Of a DNA stretch of 64,000 bases, positions 18,602-28,303 are shown piece by piece. Below the pieces are notes generated by a model. That model was not told the DNA's origin, searched no databases, and saw nothing but the letters and a program-made list of their open reading frames with translations. Within the stretch, counting starts at the first letter, position 1; each line of letters opens with the position of its first letter. Both the position numbers and the translations under genes were made by a program. The stretch is from an uncultured Veillonellaceae bacterium (lineage in GTDB: Bacteria; Bacillota; Negativicutes; JARBTT01), in the NCBI GenBank assembly GCA_963805085.1, contig CAWDTA010000001.1:192001-256000 (forward strand), given 5' to 3'.

Positions 18602-19825
18602 ATGGATATTATGTTGAATGAAGTGCAAGAAACAATGGAATGGTTATCGTCGATTAGTGACGAACAAGGGCCGGGCACAACACGGCTGCTTTATTCGCCA
18701 AGCTGGCTGCAGGCACAAAACGAGCTGAAAGCACGCTTTGAAAACCTAGGAATGGAATGTCATTTTGATGGTATAGGCAACTTGTATGCTACGTTAAAAG
18801 GAACCGAATCGCCAGAAAAGACGATTGCTACTGGTTCTCATGTGGATACGGTTGTCAAAGGTGGAAAACTTGATGGACAGTTAGGGATTTTTGGCGGGTA
18901 CCTTGCGGTCAAGAAATTGCTTGAAACGTTCGGTAAGCCGAAAAAGAGCATTCAAATTATTTCGATGGCTGAAGAAGAAGGCTCGCGTTTCCCTTATGTT
19001 TTCTGGGGCAGCAAAAACATTTTCGGTTTGGCAAAAAAAGAAGATGTTGAGATGATTAAAGATGCTGAAGGAATCGGCTTTGTCGATGCGATGCACAAGT
19101 GTGGTTTCGACTTTATCACCGAACACAAGTCAAGAACAGATATCGAAGCTTTTATTGAACTGCACATTGAACAAGGAAATTTCCTCGAAGAAGAAAAATT
19201 CACAGTTGGTGTAGTCAACTCAATCGTTGGGCAGAAACGCTATAACATCACCCTCAAAGGTGAAGCAAACCATGCGGGTACAACGCTCATGCGTTATCGT
19301 AAAGACACCGTTGAATGCATGGCACGCATCATAACGCATTCGATTGATAAAGCGAAAGCAGTAGGAGATCCGTTGGTACTGACTTTTGGTAAGGTTGTAC
19401 CAAAGCCAAATACAGTGAATGTCGTTCCAGGAGAAACTTTATTTACGATGGACTGCCGGCATACGGATGCAACTCTTCTACAGGCGTTTACGACGGCTCT
19501 TGAAGCTGAAATGAAAGAAATTGCTGAAAAAAATGGTATCGTAATTGAAATCGACAATTGGATGGATGAAAAACCTGTATTGATGGATCAAAAAGTTGTC
19601 GATATTGTTGAACGTGTCTGCAAGGAGAAGAAAATGAACTATAAAGTAATGCACAGTGGTGCAGGGCATGACTCGCAGATTTTTGCTCCCCGTGTGCCTA
19701 CAGGAATGATCTTTGTTCCAAGTATCAAGGGGATTAGTCATAATCCGGCGGAAGACACAAAAGTCGAAAATCTTCGTGAGGGGATCAAGACGCTAGCGTA
19801 TACGCTGCACGAACTTGCTTATTAA
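18602..19825 (+). CDS. allC: Allantoate amidohydrolase (M20 family)
   Basis: GSHVDTV, LDGQLG, EEEGSRFP..FWGSKN, ELHIEQG, ANHAGTT, SGAGHDSQ, GISHNPAE. Confidence 0.93.
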   Translation: MDIMLNEVQETMEWLSSISDEQGPGTTRLLYSPSWLQAQNELKARFENLGMECHFDGIGNLYATLKGTESPEKTIATGSHVDTVVKGGKLDGQLGIFGGYLAVKKLLETFGKPKKSIQIISMAEEEGSRFPYVFWGSKNIFGLAKKEDVEMIKDAEGIGFVDAMHKCGFDFITEHKSRTDIEAFIELHIEQGNFLEEEKFTVGVVNSIVGQKRYNITLKGEANHAGTTLMRYRKDTVECMARIITHSIDKAKAVGDPLVLTFGKVVPKPNTVNVVPGETLFTMDCRHTDATLLQAFTTALEAEMKEIAEKNGIVIEIDNWMDEKPVLMDQKVVDIVERVCKEKKMNYKVMHSGAGHDSQIFAPRVPTGMIFVPSIKGISHNPAEDTKVENLREGIKTLAYTLHELAY

Positions 19826-19840
19826 TACAAGTAGGAAAGG

Positions 19841-21106
19841 ATGTTTTTTATGAACACACAAGCTTTAACAAAAACGTATCCGGAGAACTATTGGAAACGA
19901 CTCGTATTTACGTTCTGCATGGGATGGACAATCATCTGGATTTACAGAGCGATGCTTTCACCAATTTATCCAGAGATTCAAAGTACAATCGGACCTCAAA
20001 CAAACGCAGCTATGGGTATTATTGCATCATGTTATTTTTTTGGTTATACTGCGCTGCAAATTCCGTCAGGTTATTTAGTTGATAAATTTGGTCAGAAGAA
20101 AGTCCTGATTCCTGGTTTTATTATTTTTGCGGCTGGTGTTTTCAGTATTGCTTCTGCGACGTCAATTATGCCGATTTATATAGGCGCTGTGTTAGCTGGT
20201 GTTGGTTGCGGAACTTATTATGGTTCAGCTTACTCTTTGACATCGCAACATGTACCTCAGGAAAAGAAAGGTCTACAGACTGCAATCGTTAACAGTGGTT
20301 CAGCACTAGGGATGATTCTCGGTATGACTGGATCCAGTTATTTTGTTAAAACCATGGGATTACCATGGCAAACAATGGTTATCATTTCTGGTTGTTTGTT
20401 GGTATTCCTCGTTCTATGGTTTTTCTTTGTTATTATTGAGCCAAGCAAAGTTGCTTCAGTTACTGAGAGTATCTCTACCCAAAAAGATGAGATGAGAACT
20501 GAAGCTGTCGAGCAATCAAAAGGTTCCATGTTCCGCCCTGCTTTATTGACTTGTTACTTTCTTTATTTTACAACCTGCTATGCGTATTATATGATTGTCA
20601 CTTGGCTGCCAAAATTTCTTGAAGCTGAACGTGGCATTACAGGTGGTATGATCGGACTTACCGTATCAATGATAGCTGTTACGGCTGTTCCTGGAGCTTT
20701 ATATTTTGCTGGAATGTCTGATAAAAAACGCGATAAGAAAGCTTCAATTATTCTTTTTCTTGAAATTGCAGCATTTATTTTGATTGCAGTTTCAATGTTC
20801 GTACCAGATACCATCAGTCTTGTTGTTGTTTTACTCCTTTATGGATTCTTGGGTAAAATGGCCGTTGACCCTGTTCTGATTTCCTATGTGTCCGACCAAG
20901 CGGATAAGAAAACCATGGCTACAACACTTGGTACATTTAATTTCTTTGGGATGTCTTCTTCAGTTGTGGCTCCGGCTCTTACAGGTTATATAATTGATCA
21001 GACAGGCTCAGGCGTTTGGGGCTTTTACCTCGGTGCTATTCTTTTACTCATTGGTGCGATTGTATTCTATGTAACAAATAATAGAAATCAAAAGGCAGGC
21101 GCTTAA
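19841..21106 (+). CDS. MFS transporter (putative ureide/oxamate transporter)
   Basis: About 12 hydrophobic helices; motif A QIPSGYLVDKFGQK; lies inside the ureide operon. Confidence 0.9.
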   Translation: MFFMNTQALTKTYPENYWKRLVFTFCMGWTIIWIYRAMLSPIYPEIQSTIGPQTNAAMGIIASCYFFGYTALQIPSGYLVDKFGQKKVLIPGFIIFAAGVFSIASATSIMPIYIGAVLAGVGCGTYYGSAYSLTSQHVPQEKKGLQTAIVNSGSALGMILGMTGSSYFVKTMGLPWQTMVIISGCLLVFLVLWFFFVIIEPSKVASVTESISTQKDEMRTEAVEQSKGSMFRPALLTCYFLYFTTCYAYYMIVTWLPKFLEAERGITGGMIGLTVSMIAVTAVPGALYFAGMSDKKRDKKASIILFLEIAAFILIAVSMFVPDTISLVVVLLLYGFLGKMAVDPVLISYVSDQADKKTMATTLGTFNFFGMSSSVVAPALTGYIIDQTGSGVWGFYLGAILLLIGAIVFYVTNNRNQKAGA

Positions 21107-21108
21107 TC

Positions 21109-21894
21109 ATGAGTTATCTTAATAATGTTGTCGGATACAGAAAAGATCTTTTGAGTAATCGATCAGTGATTAAGAAAGACAACTATGCATTGATTGAACC
21201 CGATGGTTTGGTCAAAAATGTTATACCTGGTTTCGAAAATTGTGATATCACAATTCTCGGGTCCCCTAAACTTGGTGCTAGTTTTGTCGATTATCTCGTT
21301 ACGATTTATGCGGGTGGTAAAAACGAACTTGGTTTCGGGGATGAGGGTGTTGAAACATTACTTTATCTAATAGAAGGAAACTTAGCTGTGAAAGCTGGCG
21401 AGGATTCTCATATTTTAGAAAAAGGCGGATTTATTTACTGCCCTCCTGGAACAAAACTTTATTTTCACAACGAAAGCGGCGAAGTAGCAAAAGCGTTTAT
21501 GTATAAACGTATGTACACACCTTTGGAAGGTCATAACCCTTATGTTGTTACAGGAAATACAGAAGCTATGGAATGGACAATTTACGAAGGCATGGAAGAT
21601 GTATTGGTGAAAGACTTTTTGCCCAAGGATCTGGCGTTTGATTGTAATTTTCATATCCTTAGCTTCAAACCCGGTGCTTCCCATGGCTATGTTGAGACTC
21701 ATTTTCAGGAACATGGGGCTTATTGCCTGAGTGGACAAGGTATGTACAATTTGGATAACGACTGGATTCCTGTTAAAAAGGGCGACTATATTTTTATGGG
21801 TGCCTATTGCCTACAGGCCTGTTACGCCGTGGGCCGCGATGAATCTTTTAACTATGTCTATTCAAAAGATTGTAACCGTGATGTAACACTTTAA
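21109..21894 (+). CDS. allE: (S)-ureidoglycine aminohydrolase (bicupin)
   Basis: GYRKDLLSNRS, PDGLVKN, SPKLGASFVDY, HILSF.PGASHGYVETHFQEHG, YSKDCNRD. Confidence 0.95.
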   Translation: MSYLNNVVGYRKDLLSNRSVIKKDNYALIEPDGLVKNVIPGFENCDITILGSPKLGASFVDYLVTIYAGGKNELGFGDEGVETLLYLIEGNLAVKAGEDSHILEKGGFIYCPPGTKLYFHNESGEVAKAFMYKRMYTPLEGHNPYVVTGNTEAMEWTIYEGMEDVLVKDFLPKDLAFDCNFHILSFKPGASHGYVETHFQEHGAYCLSGQGMYNLDNDWIPVKKGDYIFMGAYCLQACYAVGRDESFNYVYSKDCNRDVTL

Positions 21895-21938
21895 ATTTAG
21901 AACGAAGTAGGGAAACCAAGAGAAAGAGGAGAATTGAA

Positions 21939-22877
21939 ATGGACAAACAAGTAGTTATTGCTTTAGGAGGCAATGCACTGGGCAATACTCCTGATGAACA
22001 AAAAGAAGCGGTGCTGGCTGCTGGTAAGCACATTGTGAGCCTCGTTAAAGAAGGCTATAAAATTGTTATTGTCCATGGTAACGGACCGCAAGTCGGCATG
22101 ATTAATCTGGCATTTGAGCTTGCATATAAGCAAAATTCAAAAGTTTCCGCGATGCCGTTTGCCGAATGCGCAGCGATGAGTCAAGGGTATATTGGATTTC
22201 ACTTGCAGAATGCTTTGCAAAATATGTTCATCGAGCAAGGTATGACGACCCATGTATCCACTGCAATTACGCAGGTCATTGTCGATCCGCATGATCCAGC
22301 TTTCCAGCACCCAACTAAACCAGTTGGACTATTCTACTCGGAGGAGGTAGCCAAAGAAATTGAAGAAGAGAGAGGCTACACCTTTGTTGAAGATTCCGGA
22401 AGAGGTTTTAGGCGTGTTGTTCCATCACCAGAACCAGTTGATATCAAGGAAAAGGGAACAATTCGTTGTCTAATGGAAAATGGAGATCTCGTGATTGCCT
22501 GTGGTGGCGGTGGTATTCCTGTATACCAAGAAAATGGTATGCTTCACAGTGTGGATGCCGTAATCGACAAAGATAAAGCAGCAGCGAAACTAGCAGATGT
22601 TATCAGTGCCGATACATTTATTATTTTGACAGCGGTACCTCGTGTGGCCATAAATTTTGGTAAACCTAATCAAAAATGGCTTGCGCGTATTACTGTTGAC
22701 GAAGCTAAAAAATATATTGAAGAAGGACACTTTGCCCCAGGGTCTATGTTGCCTAAAATTGAGGCGGCAATTAAGTTTGTTAAATCTGGAAAAGGTAGAG
22801 AAGCCATTATTACATCTTTGGAGAATGCATACAAAGCGGTCACTGAAGAGAATGGTACAATTATCTGTTCTGAGTGA
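21939..22877 (+). CDS. arcC: Carbamate kinase
   Basis: ALGGNAL, HGNGPQVG, PTKPVG, RRVVPSP, GGGGIPV, AVIDKD, GSMLPKIEAA. Confidence 0.96.
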   Translation: MDKQVVIALGGNALGNTPDEQKEAVLAAGKHIVSLVKEGYKIVIVHGNGPQVGMINLAFELAYKQNSKVSAMPFAECAAMSQGYIGFHLQNALQNMFIEQGMTTHVSTAITQVIVDPHDPAFQHPTKPVGLFYSEEVAKEIEEERGYTFVEDSGRGFRRVVPSPEPVDIKEKGTIRCLMENGDLVIACGGGGIPVYQENGMLHSVDAVIDKDKAAAKLADVISADTFIILTAVPRVAINFGKPNQKWLARITVDEAKKYIEEGHFAPGSMLPKIEAAIKFVKSGKGREAIITSLENAYKAVTEENGTIICSE

Positions 22878-22930
22878 ACCATAGGTGCAAGTAGTCTCGA
22901 TCATTTTTAAAAAACGTTTTAGGAAGTGCA

Positions 22931-22954
22931 AACCACCCGTGGAAACGGGTGGTT
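22931..22954. repeat. GC-rich palindrome resembling an IS200/IS605 end hairpin
   Basis: aaccacccgt-ggaa-acgggtggtt, with no T-tract. Confidence 0.5.
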
Positions 22955-23086
22955 ATAATGCAATATAGAGGTTATTGTACTTTACTAAGGAATATCTATA
23001 ATAATTGCTTAATTTCAATAGATGAATTGTTATAAAATTTATAGCATAAGAATAGAGTCGATAGGCAGTTGGAAGGAATATGATAC

Positions 23087-24316
23087 ATGTATAAAGAGCT
23101 TAGCGCTACATTACGCACCATTATGACACCGGGACCTGTTGAGGTGGAACCACGTGTGCTTAGAGCCATGTGTACTCCTATATTAGGACAATTTGATCCG
23201 GAATTTACCAATATCATGAATCAAACGATGGAAATGTTAAGAGAAGTTTTTCAGACGAAAAACAAGTGGGCTTTTCCAATAGATGCCACTTCTCGAGGCG
23301 GGATTGAAGCTGTTCTTGCTAGTCTAGTAGAAACTGGGGATGTAGTTTTTGTTCCTATCTATGGCCGCTTTGGGCATCTATTAGTGGAAATAGCACAAAG
23401 ATATGGCGCAGATGTTGTAACGATGGAAACTACATGGGGACAAGTGTTTTCACCTGAAAAAGTGATTGAAGAAATTAAAAAAGTAAAACCTAAGATTGTT
23501 GCTATGGTGCATGGTGAAACATCAACAGGCTGTATGCAGCCGTTAGGGGAGATCGGTGCAGCTTGCCGTGAGTTAGATATATTGTTTGTAGTTGATGCCG
23601 TTGCTAGTTTGGGCGGAGCTGCAGTAAAAGTGGATGAATGGAAAATTGATGCGGCTATTGGTGGTACACAAAAATGTTTATCAGTACCTTCAGGTATGGC
23701 ACCAATCACCTTTAATGATAGAGTCGAAGCGATATTGTTAGAGCGCAAAAAAGTTGAACAAGGATTGGTCGATTCTAGTACAGGTGATAGTGTTCAAACC
23801 CGTTTAATTCGTAGCAACTATTTTGATCTCAGTCAATTGATGGATTATTGGAGTCCTGTACGTTTAAATCATCATACGGAAGCTACTTCTATGATCTATG
23901 CTCTGCGTGAGGGCTTAAGAATTGTATTAGAAGAAGGGCTTGAAAGCAGATTTGCTCGGCATGCACTCCATGAAAAAGCGCTTATAGCAGGAATTCTGGC
24001 GATGGGACTTAATTTGTACGGTGACGAGGAACATAAGTTACCAGTGGTTACAGCCGTTGAAATACCAGCTGGAATAGATGGAGAATCTGTTCGGACGATG
24101 TTATTACAGGATTTTGAAATTGAAATTGCCAGTTCCTTTGGTCCTTTAAAAGGGAAAATATGGCGCATTGGTACTATGGGATATAGCTGTAGAAAGAAAA
24201 ATATTCTACATGTTCTGGGAGCACTAGAAGCTGCTTTGTTAAGACATAAGGCAAACATCCATGTAGGTTGTGCTGTTCAGGCCGCTCTTGATGTCTACCA
24301 AGCTGCGCAGAACTAA
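23087..24316 (+). CDS. pucG: (S)-ureidoglycine-glyoxylate aminotransferase (class V PLP)
   Basis: RTIMTPGPVEV.PRVLRAM..PILGQFDP.F, VHGETSTG, GTQKCLS, SNYFDL.QL.DYWS..RLNHHTEATSM, WRIGTMGY. Confidence 0.92.
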   Translation: MYKELSATLRTIMTPGPVEVEPRVLRAMCTPILGQFDPEFTNIMNQTMEMLREVFQTKNKWAFPIDATSRGGIEAVLASLVETGDVVFVPIYGRFGHLLVEIAQRYGADVVTMETTWGQVFSPEKVIEEIKKVKPKIVAMVHGETSTGCMQPLGEIGAACRELDILFVVDAVASLGGAAVKVDEWKIDAAIGGTQKCLSVPSGMAPITFNDRVEAILLERKKVEQGLVDSSTGDSVQTRLIRSNYFDLSQLMDYWSPVRLNHHTEATSMIYALREGLRIVLEEGLESRFARHALHEKALIAGILAMGLNLYGDEEHKLPVVTAVEIPAGIDGESVRTMLLQDFEIEIASSFGPLKGKIWRIGTMGYSCRKKNILHVLGALEAALLRHKANIHVGCAVQAALDVYQAAQN

Positions 24317-24384
24317 AATAGAGAGAATATAAGTGTTCATTATACAGTTATGATTGCTACAAATTTTGAGTAGGAGGAATTGAC

Positions 24385-25662
24385 GTGAACGCACAATCTA
24401 ATTCACCGAAAAAGCATTTTCGTTGGAGAGTAAGATATTCTGTTTTAAGTATATTGTGGGCAGGCTGGCTATTCTCTTTTCTAGATAGAATGGTGGTTAG
24501 TGTTGCTTTACCATTTATTGGAGAAGAGTATCAATTAGATGCAGCCTCTCAGGGAATTATTTTAAGTGCTTTTTTTGCAGGATATGCCCTATTTCAAATA
24601 CCAGGCGGGATGTTGGCTGACAAATTTGGCCCTAAAAGGGTCATGGCGTTTGCCATTGCTTGGTGGTCGGTGTTTACCTGTCTTACAGGTATGGTTTTTT
24701 CTTATCCCATTCTCTTGATCTGTAGATTTGTGTTTGGTGTGGGAGAAGGATGTTTTCCCGGTTCATCTTGGAAAACCATTGCCACATATTTTCCTTCGAG
24801 GGAAAGGGCAACAGCAACGGCAATTCAAGCTTCTGTCAATACATTAGGACCAGCGATTGCATCTTTAGTAGCGGCCGGCATCATTGCGACGTTTGGCTGG
24901 CGAACAGTGTTTATTGGCTTGGGTATTCCAGGTGTTTTGATTAGTCTGATTATCTATCTGTATATCAAAGACGATCCTCATCAACACCCTCGTATAACAG
25001 CGGAAGAATTAAGTGAATTAGATAGTGGTGCTATTGATACTTCTGCAAAACCAAGAGAAAGCATACAGTTTAAACAATTTTTGAAAATGCGAATCCTATG
25101 GCAAATGGTTATCATCTGGTTTTTATTTGATATTACATTTTGGGGATTTGTTTCTTGGTTACCTTCCTATCTAATGAAAATTCGGGGGTTTTCTGTTATT
25201 AAAACTGGTATTCTTGGTTCGCTGCCTTTTTTTGTGGGAACAATCGGTATGTTGATTGGCGGATATTTATCCGATCGTTTTAAAGGTTATCGAAAGTGGT
25301 TGTTTATTCCCAATACGCTAATTGCAGCAGGATTTTTGTATCTGACTTATAGTGTAACTTCCGCAGATTGGGCCGTAGTGTTTCAGTGTGTTTCCTCGTT
25401 ATTTATGTTTTTAGCTTTTGCAGCTTTCTGGGGGTTGGTTATCGATGCTATTCCGCCAGAAATTATGGGAGCTAGTTCAGGTACTGTCAATTTTGGCGGA
25501 CAAGTAGCCGGGTTTGTTTCACCATTTGTAATGGGATACCTTATTGATACAAATCAGGGATCCTTTGATATGGCGTTTATGTTTTTAATTGTAGCGGCGA
25601 TAGGCTCAGCTTTAGTTGCTTTGACTGTGAATAATAAAACATTAGAGGAGCAACATTCATAA
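24385..25662 (+). CDS. MFS transporter (anion:cation symporter-like)
   Basis: SFLDR, QIPGGMLADKFGPK, GVGEG, FP..ERATA; about 12 TM helices. Confidence 0.9.
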   Translation: MNAQSNSPKKHFRWRVRYSVLSILWAGWLFSFLDRMVVSVALPFIGEEYQLDAASQGIILSAFFAGYALFQIPGGMLADKFGPKRVMAFAIAWWSVFTCLTGMVFSYPILLICRFVFGVGEGCFPGSSWKTIATYFPSRERATATAIQASVNTLGPAIASLVAAGIIATFGWRTVFIGLGIPGVLISLIIYLYIKDDPHQHPRITAEELSELDSGAIDTSAKPRESIQFKQFLKMRILWQMVIIWFLFDITFWGFVSWLPSYLMKIRGFSVIKTGILGSLPFFVGTIGMLIGGYLSDRFKGYRKWLFIPNTLIAAGFLYLTYSVTSADWAVVFQCVSSLFMFLAFAAFWGLVIDAIPPEIMGASSGTVNFGGQVAGFVSPFVMGYLIDTNQGSFDMAFMFLIVAAIGSALVALTVNNKTLEEQHS

Positions 25663-25708
25663 AAAGATCTGTAGATTAGAAAATTTTCTGATCTACAGAT
25701 CTTTTTAT
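25659..25708 (+). terminator. Terminator at the end of the ureide cluster
   Basis: ataaaaagatctgtagattagaa / ttctgatctacagatctttttat. Confidence 0.75.
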
Positions 25709-25790
25709 TATAGTGGTAAGTTGGAAATACGAGCATGATTCAATAAACCATTTTACCGATGTCGACATAAGATAAACAGGGGTGAATGAT

Positions 25791-25973
25791 ATGCAACCTG
25801 TATTTAGTACAAATGGCAAACAAGTTGCTTGGTTTAGCGGCGGTTACGTGTATGATACTAATGGTAATGCAATCGCGTATACGAGTAACAATGGAATATA
25901 TTCATTAAAATCAGCTGAGTATATAGGTCAAATGGAAAATGGCGAGGCATTTATTTGGCGAACAGATAATTAA
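25791..25973 (+). CDS. Small beta-repeat protein (4-fold beta-flower-like), probably C-terminally truncated
   Basis: Repeats VFSTNGKQVAW / VYDTNGNAIAY / IYSLKSAEYIGQ; SD AGGGGTG. The 3' end is encoded by repeat copy 2. Confidence 0.6.
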   Translation: MQPVFSTNGKQVAWFSGGYVYDTNGNAIAYTSNNGIYSLKSAEYIGQMENGEAFIWRTDN

Positions 25974-25995
25974 GCATCCGTAATGGGTGCTTTTT
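25950..25995 (+). repeat. Direct repeat copy 2 (18-bp core plus terminator hairpin)
   Basis: tttatttggcgaacagat-aattaagcatccgtaatgggtgcttttt. Confidence 0.85.
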
Positions 25996-26182
25996 ATTAT
26001 ACATATATTAAAGGTGCTTTAGTTCTTTTTAGCGAAGTTGATAATATAGTAGTAGAGTGATTTAAATAGATATTTCATTATTAAGTCTTTATAATTTAAT
26101 TATTTTCGATTGATTGTTATAATATGTAAGAATTAAGGGAAAAATATTTTGTAAATAATGAATATTTTTTAGGAGGATTTTT

Positions 26183-26416
26183 ATGCTACAAGATATTACT
26201 TGTATTAAAGAAGTAGAAGAAATGTGTAAAGAAGCATGGTCGCCATGTGATATTGCTGAGGGCGAGTATTGGTTAGAAATAACTTGGAAGCATCAAGGTT
26301 GTGAAAATAAATTTATGATCATTTACGGCAAAGACAATATCGAAGTTGTAAATAAAATGTTAGGTTATCATCATGATCAAGATCATATGAACCAAGGTAA
26401 ACAACAAACCGCTTAG
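26183..26416 (+). CDS. Hypothetical protein (77 aa)
   Basis: Strong SD AGGAGG; followed by terminator aaaccgct...agcggttttt (26406-26435). Confidence 0.65.
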   Translation: MLQDITCIKEVEEMCKEAWSPCDIAEGEYWLEITWKHQGCENKFMIIYGKDNIEVVNKMLGYHHDQDHMNQGKQQTA

Positions 26417-26636
26417 CAATTGCAGAGCGGTTTTTCTTTCTATATAATTAGTGCTAAAAAATCATTAATACTAACTAGCCAAGGCTTGTGTGTGATAGTA
26501 GCAACAATCAACAACCATCAATTTTATTTAGTATCAAGAAAAATTTTATTATAATTATGTAGATTTTTGTAATAATAGGGATGCTGTCTTGGAAGCATAA
26601 TAAATAAGATTATTTGTTATGCTTGGAGATGGGAGC

Positions 26637-28160
26637 TTGCAATCGAAAAAATACGTTTGGTGTATGTTATTGATTACAATTTCAACGATTTTTATCAATC
26701 TTGGAAGTATTCCACTATTGGATCCTGATGAACCAGTGTATGGGGAGACCCCCAAAGAAATGATTCAAATGCATGATTTTATTTCTCCAAGAATATTTGG
26801 TGAAGTTTGGTATGATAAGCCGCCGATATATTACTGGCTAGTTGTTGTGGCCTTTAAATTGTTTGGAGTCAATGAGTTTAGCGCACGATTTCCTTCAGCG
26901 GTACTTGCGGTGTTTTGTGTGTTCATTGTATATAAATCAACAGCAAAATTATTTAATCAAAGAGCAGGAATTATCAGCGGTTTAGTTCTGGCGACAAGTT
27001 TCGAATATTTTTATTTAGCAAAGGCTGCTGTGACAGATATTACTTTAACATTGTTTCTTACAGCATCCTTGCTTTGCTTTTTGCAACGAAAGTATTATCT
27101 GTTTTATCTGTTTTCTGCGCTTGCTACGTTAACAAAGGGACCAATCGGTTTATTATTTCCAGGTGTAATATTGTTTATTTGGATGGCTTTTAACCGTCGG
27201 TTTAGTCAGTTGAAGCAAATGAAAGTTGTTCAAGGAATTTTTATTTGGGCAGTTGTAGCACTTCCATGGTATGGGGCGATGTATTATATTCATGGTGCTG
27301 ATTTTGTTAATGGCTTTCTTGAGGTTAATAATATTATAAGATTCACAACGGCGGAGCATGCGAAAACTTCAAGTTGGTATTTCTTTATACCTGTTCTTAT
27401 TCTTGGCTTCTTTCCGTGGGCGACACTTTTATTTCAGGTCATTAAGAGTGCTCTTAATGAAAAGGGAAAAGATGTTTATCCGAAATTGCTTTTTTTTTAT
27501 ATTTGGGCATTGTTTATCTTTGTGTTTTTTTCTATTTCTAGTACAAAATTGGTTAGCTATATTTTGCCAGCCTATCCTCCGTTAGCAATCCTTGTTGGAT
27601 GGTATTTGGATTCTCACTGGGAAATTTATCAGCTGGCTAGGCAGGGAATGATTTGGCCCATTTTATTGACAATTCTATTAGGGGTATTGGTAGGTAGTCT
27701 AATTTTATTAGTGACAATGATGCCTGCAGTAAAATTTGGGGCAATTTTATTATCCATAGTTTTCTTTGTATTGCTTGTATGGGTATGGTGTTTTCTTTAT
27801 AAAAAAGCAATGTCATGGGTTGTTTGGGGACAAGCTGGGGCTATGGCTATTACCTCAATTATATTATTTAATGTGATTGTACCTACTATTGTTGATGAGC
27901 TTAATACAAAAGGAATTGCACGAGAATTTGTGTTGCATTATGATGGTACATCTCCTGTCTATGTAATAAAATTTTTACATCCAGGATTTGCTTTCTATAC
28001 CGATATTTATGGTAAAGAAATACGCAAGGTTATTTTTGGGGAAGAACGAGCTTATATGGTTATAAGGCAGTCTGAATACCAAGTGTTAAGCAATAAAGAG
28101 AAAGCCTGCTTAAAGGTTTTGTCACATTTAAATAATAAACTATTATTGCTAAAAGAGTAG
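26637..28160 (+). CDS. ArnT/GT39-like membrane glycosyltransferase
   Basis: DPDEPVY, YDKPP.YYW, ARFPSA, TLTKGPIG, LPWY, FFPW, STKL.SYILP; polytopic membrane protein. Confidence 0.9.
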   Translation: MQSKKYVWCMLLITISTIFINLGSIPLLDPDEPVYGETPKEMIQMHDFISPRIFGEVWYDKPPIYYWLVVVAFKLFGVNEFSARFPSAVLAVFCVFIVYKSTAKLFNQRAGIISGLVLATSFEYFYLAKAAVTDITLTLFLTASLLCFLQRKYYLFYLFSALATLTKGPIGLLFPGVILFIWMAFNRRFSQLKQMKVVQGIFIWAVVALPWYGAMYYIHGADFVNGFLEVNNIIRFTTAEHAKTSSWYFFIPVLILGFFPWATLLFQVIKSALNEKGKDVYPKLLFFYIWALFIFVFFSISSTKLVSYILPAYPPLAILVGWYLDSHWEIYQLARQGMIWPILLTILLGVLVGSLILLVTMMPAVKFGAILLSIVFFVLLVWVWCFLYKKAMSWVVWGQAGAMAITSIILFNVIVPTIVDELNTKGIAREFVLHYDGTSPVYVIKFLHPGFAFYTDIYGKEIRKVIFGEERAYMVIRQSEYQVLSNKEKACLKVLSHLNNKLLLLKE

Positions 28161-28303
28161 TAGTGTAAAAATTTTCATATGGCAGTATTTTTACAGTAAA
28201 AAAGGATTTTGTAACTTTATTAAGAATATAACAACGTTGATAAATAAAAATGCAGTTGTGATATTGGTTTATATCATAATAGGCAAAGGAGTGCATGTAA
28301 CAG

